DNA from: Tubiluchus corallicola
Taxonomy: Eukaryota > Animalia > Priapulida
Direction of reading: 5' to 3'
NCBI GenBank assembly: GCA_030141605.1
Contig: JAQGDQ010000212.1
Span: 1-64,000 of the forward strand
DNA length: 64,000 bases
Shown here: positions 63,311 through 64,000 of the stretch, in pieces
How positions within the stretch are numbered: position 1 is the stretch's first letter
Layout: each line of letters begins with the position of its first letter
The notes under the pieces: model-generated
Databases searched by the model: none
Seen by the model: the letters and a program-made list of their open reading frames with translations, nothing else
Told to the model about the DNA's origin: nothing
Translations under genes and position numbers: made by a program

Positions 63311-64000
63311 TTTGAAAGGAAGACAAGATTTTTCATCAACTACCCAATTTTCAAGTCCGGCAAAAAGTATACATTTTAACGTGATTAATACTGCAAAAGC
63401 GTTTCTGATAAGTAGATAATAGCTAACAACTTAACGGTGGGTGAGCCAAATTACTGATGACATCACAAACTAACATAATTTTCAAGATTAGAAATATTCC
63501 ACGAGCGTGTTGCATGTGTTTGCGAAAGCGAAATTACAGTACTACAGCTTAGTACAGTGCTACAGTAAGATATTCAGTGTGTTGTGCTAAAACCAGGCAA
63601 GTTTTAAGATAAAAATTCAAATTTCAAATTCACCGCTGTGCTCACGCGTGAGCTGTCGAACGTGTGCAGTTCGTCACAAACTAACACATCTGAACTGAGT
63701 GGTATAGCGCCTATTTTTTGTGCAATGCACTTCTGAAATGCAGGCGCTAGTACTCGTCTAACCAGCGAATGGTGAAATGCATGTAACAGCGAAGAACTAG
63801 TGGCGCGAACCGGAAATTGTGTCTCTGTGGTAATACTTCTTTCACGTAAGTCATTTTTGAACAAAATAGATTGTTTTCTTTCAATATTTTAAAGAGTAGA
63901 TTGTTTTGATCTGCAGTTTAAGATTGCGTCCGGTTTTGCTTTAACAGGCACCTGTAAGTAGCTTTGGCTCTTTGTGCTTTTATTCCCAATATTTTAACTT

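Overview
AT-rich, repeat-dense eukaryotic DNA from an invertebrate animal (spliceosomal introns, no prokaryotic features; the species cannot be named from sequence alone). Four protein-coding genes can be spliced by hand. (1) The last two exons of a chitin/polysaccharide deacetylase-like gene (+, 3351-4912). (2) A complete 7-exon secreted trypsin-like serine protease with an unusual ~145-aa D/E/F/Y acidic tail (+, 13955-23656, ~492 aa). (3) A complete 9-exon CENATAC/CCDC84 minor-spliceosome factor (+, 24594-39409, ~366 aa). (4) The last four kinase exons of a Trk-like receptor tyrosine kinase (-, 47872-60556). The rest is microsatellites, minisatellites, MITEs (Tc1/mariner-, Kolobok-, hAT-like) and decayed LINE/Penelope fragments. 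The most interesting signal is a cluster of minor-spliceosome (U12-type) motifs around CENATAC exon 5: ATATCCTTT at the acceptor, GTATCTTTT 30 nt past a weak U2 donor and an in-frame stop, and a TCCTTAAT branch-like motif before exon 6. This suggests a U12/U2 splice-switch feedback loop in a minor-spliceosome gene. All gene models and family calls are by eye and from remembered family motifs, not from database searches.
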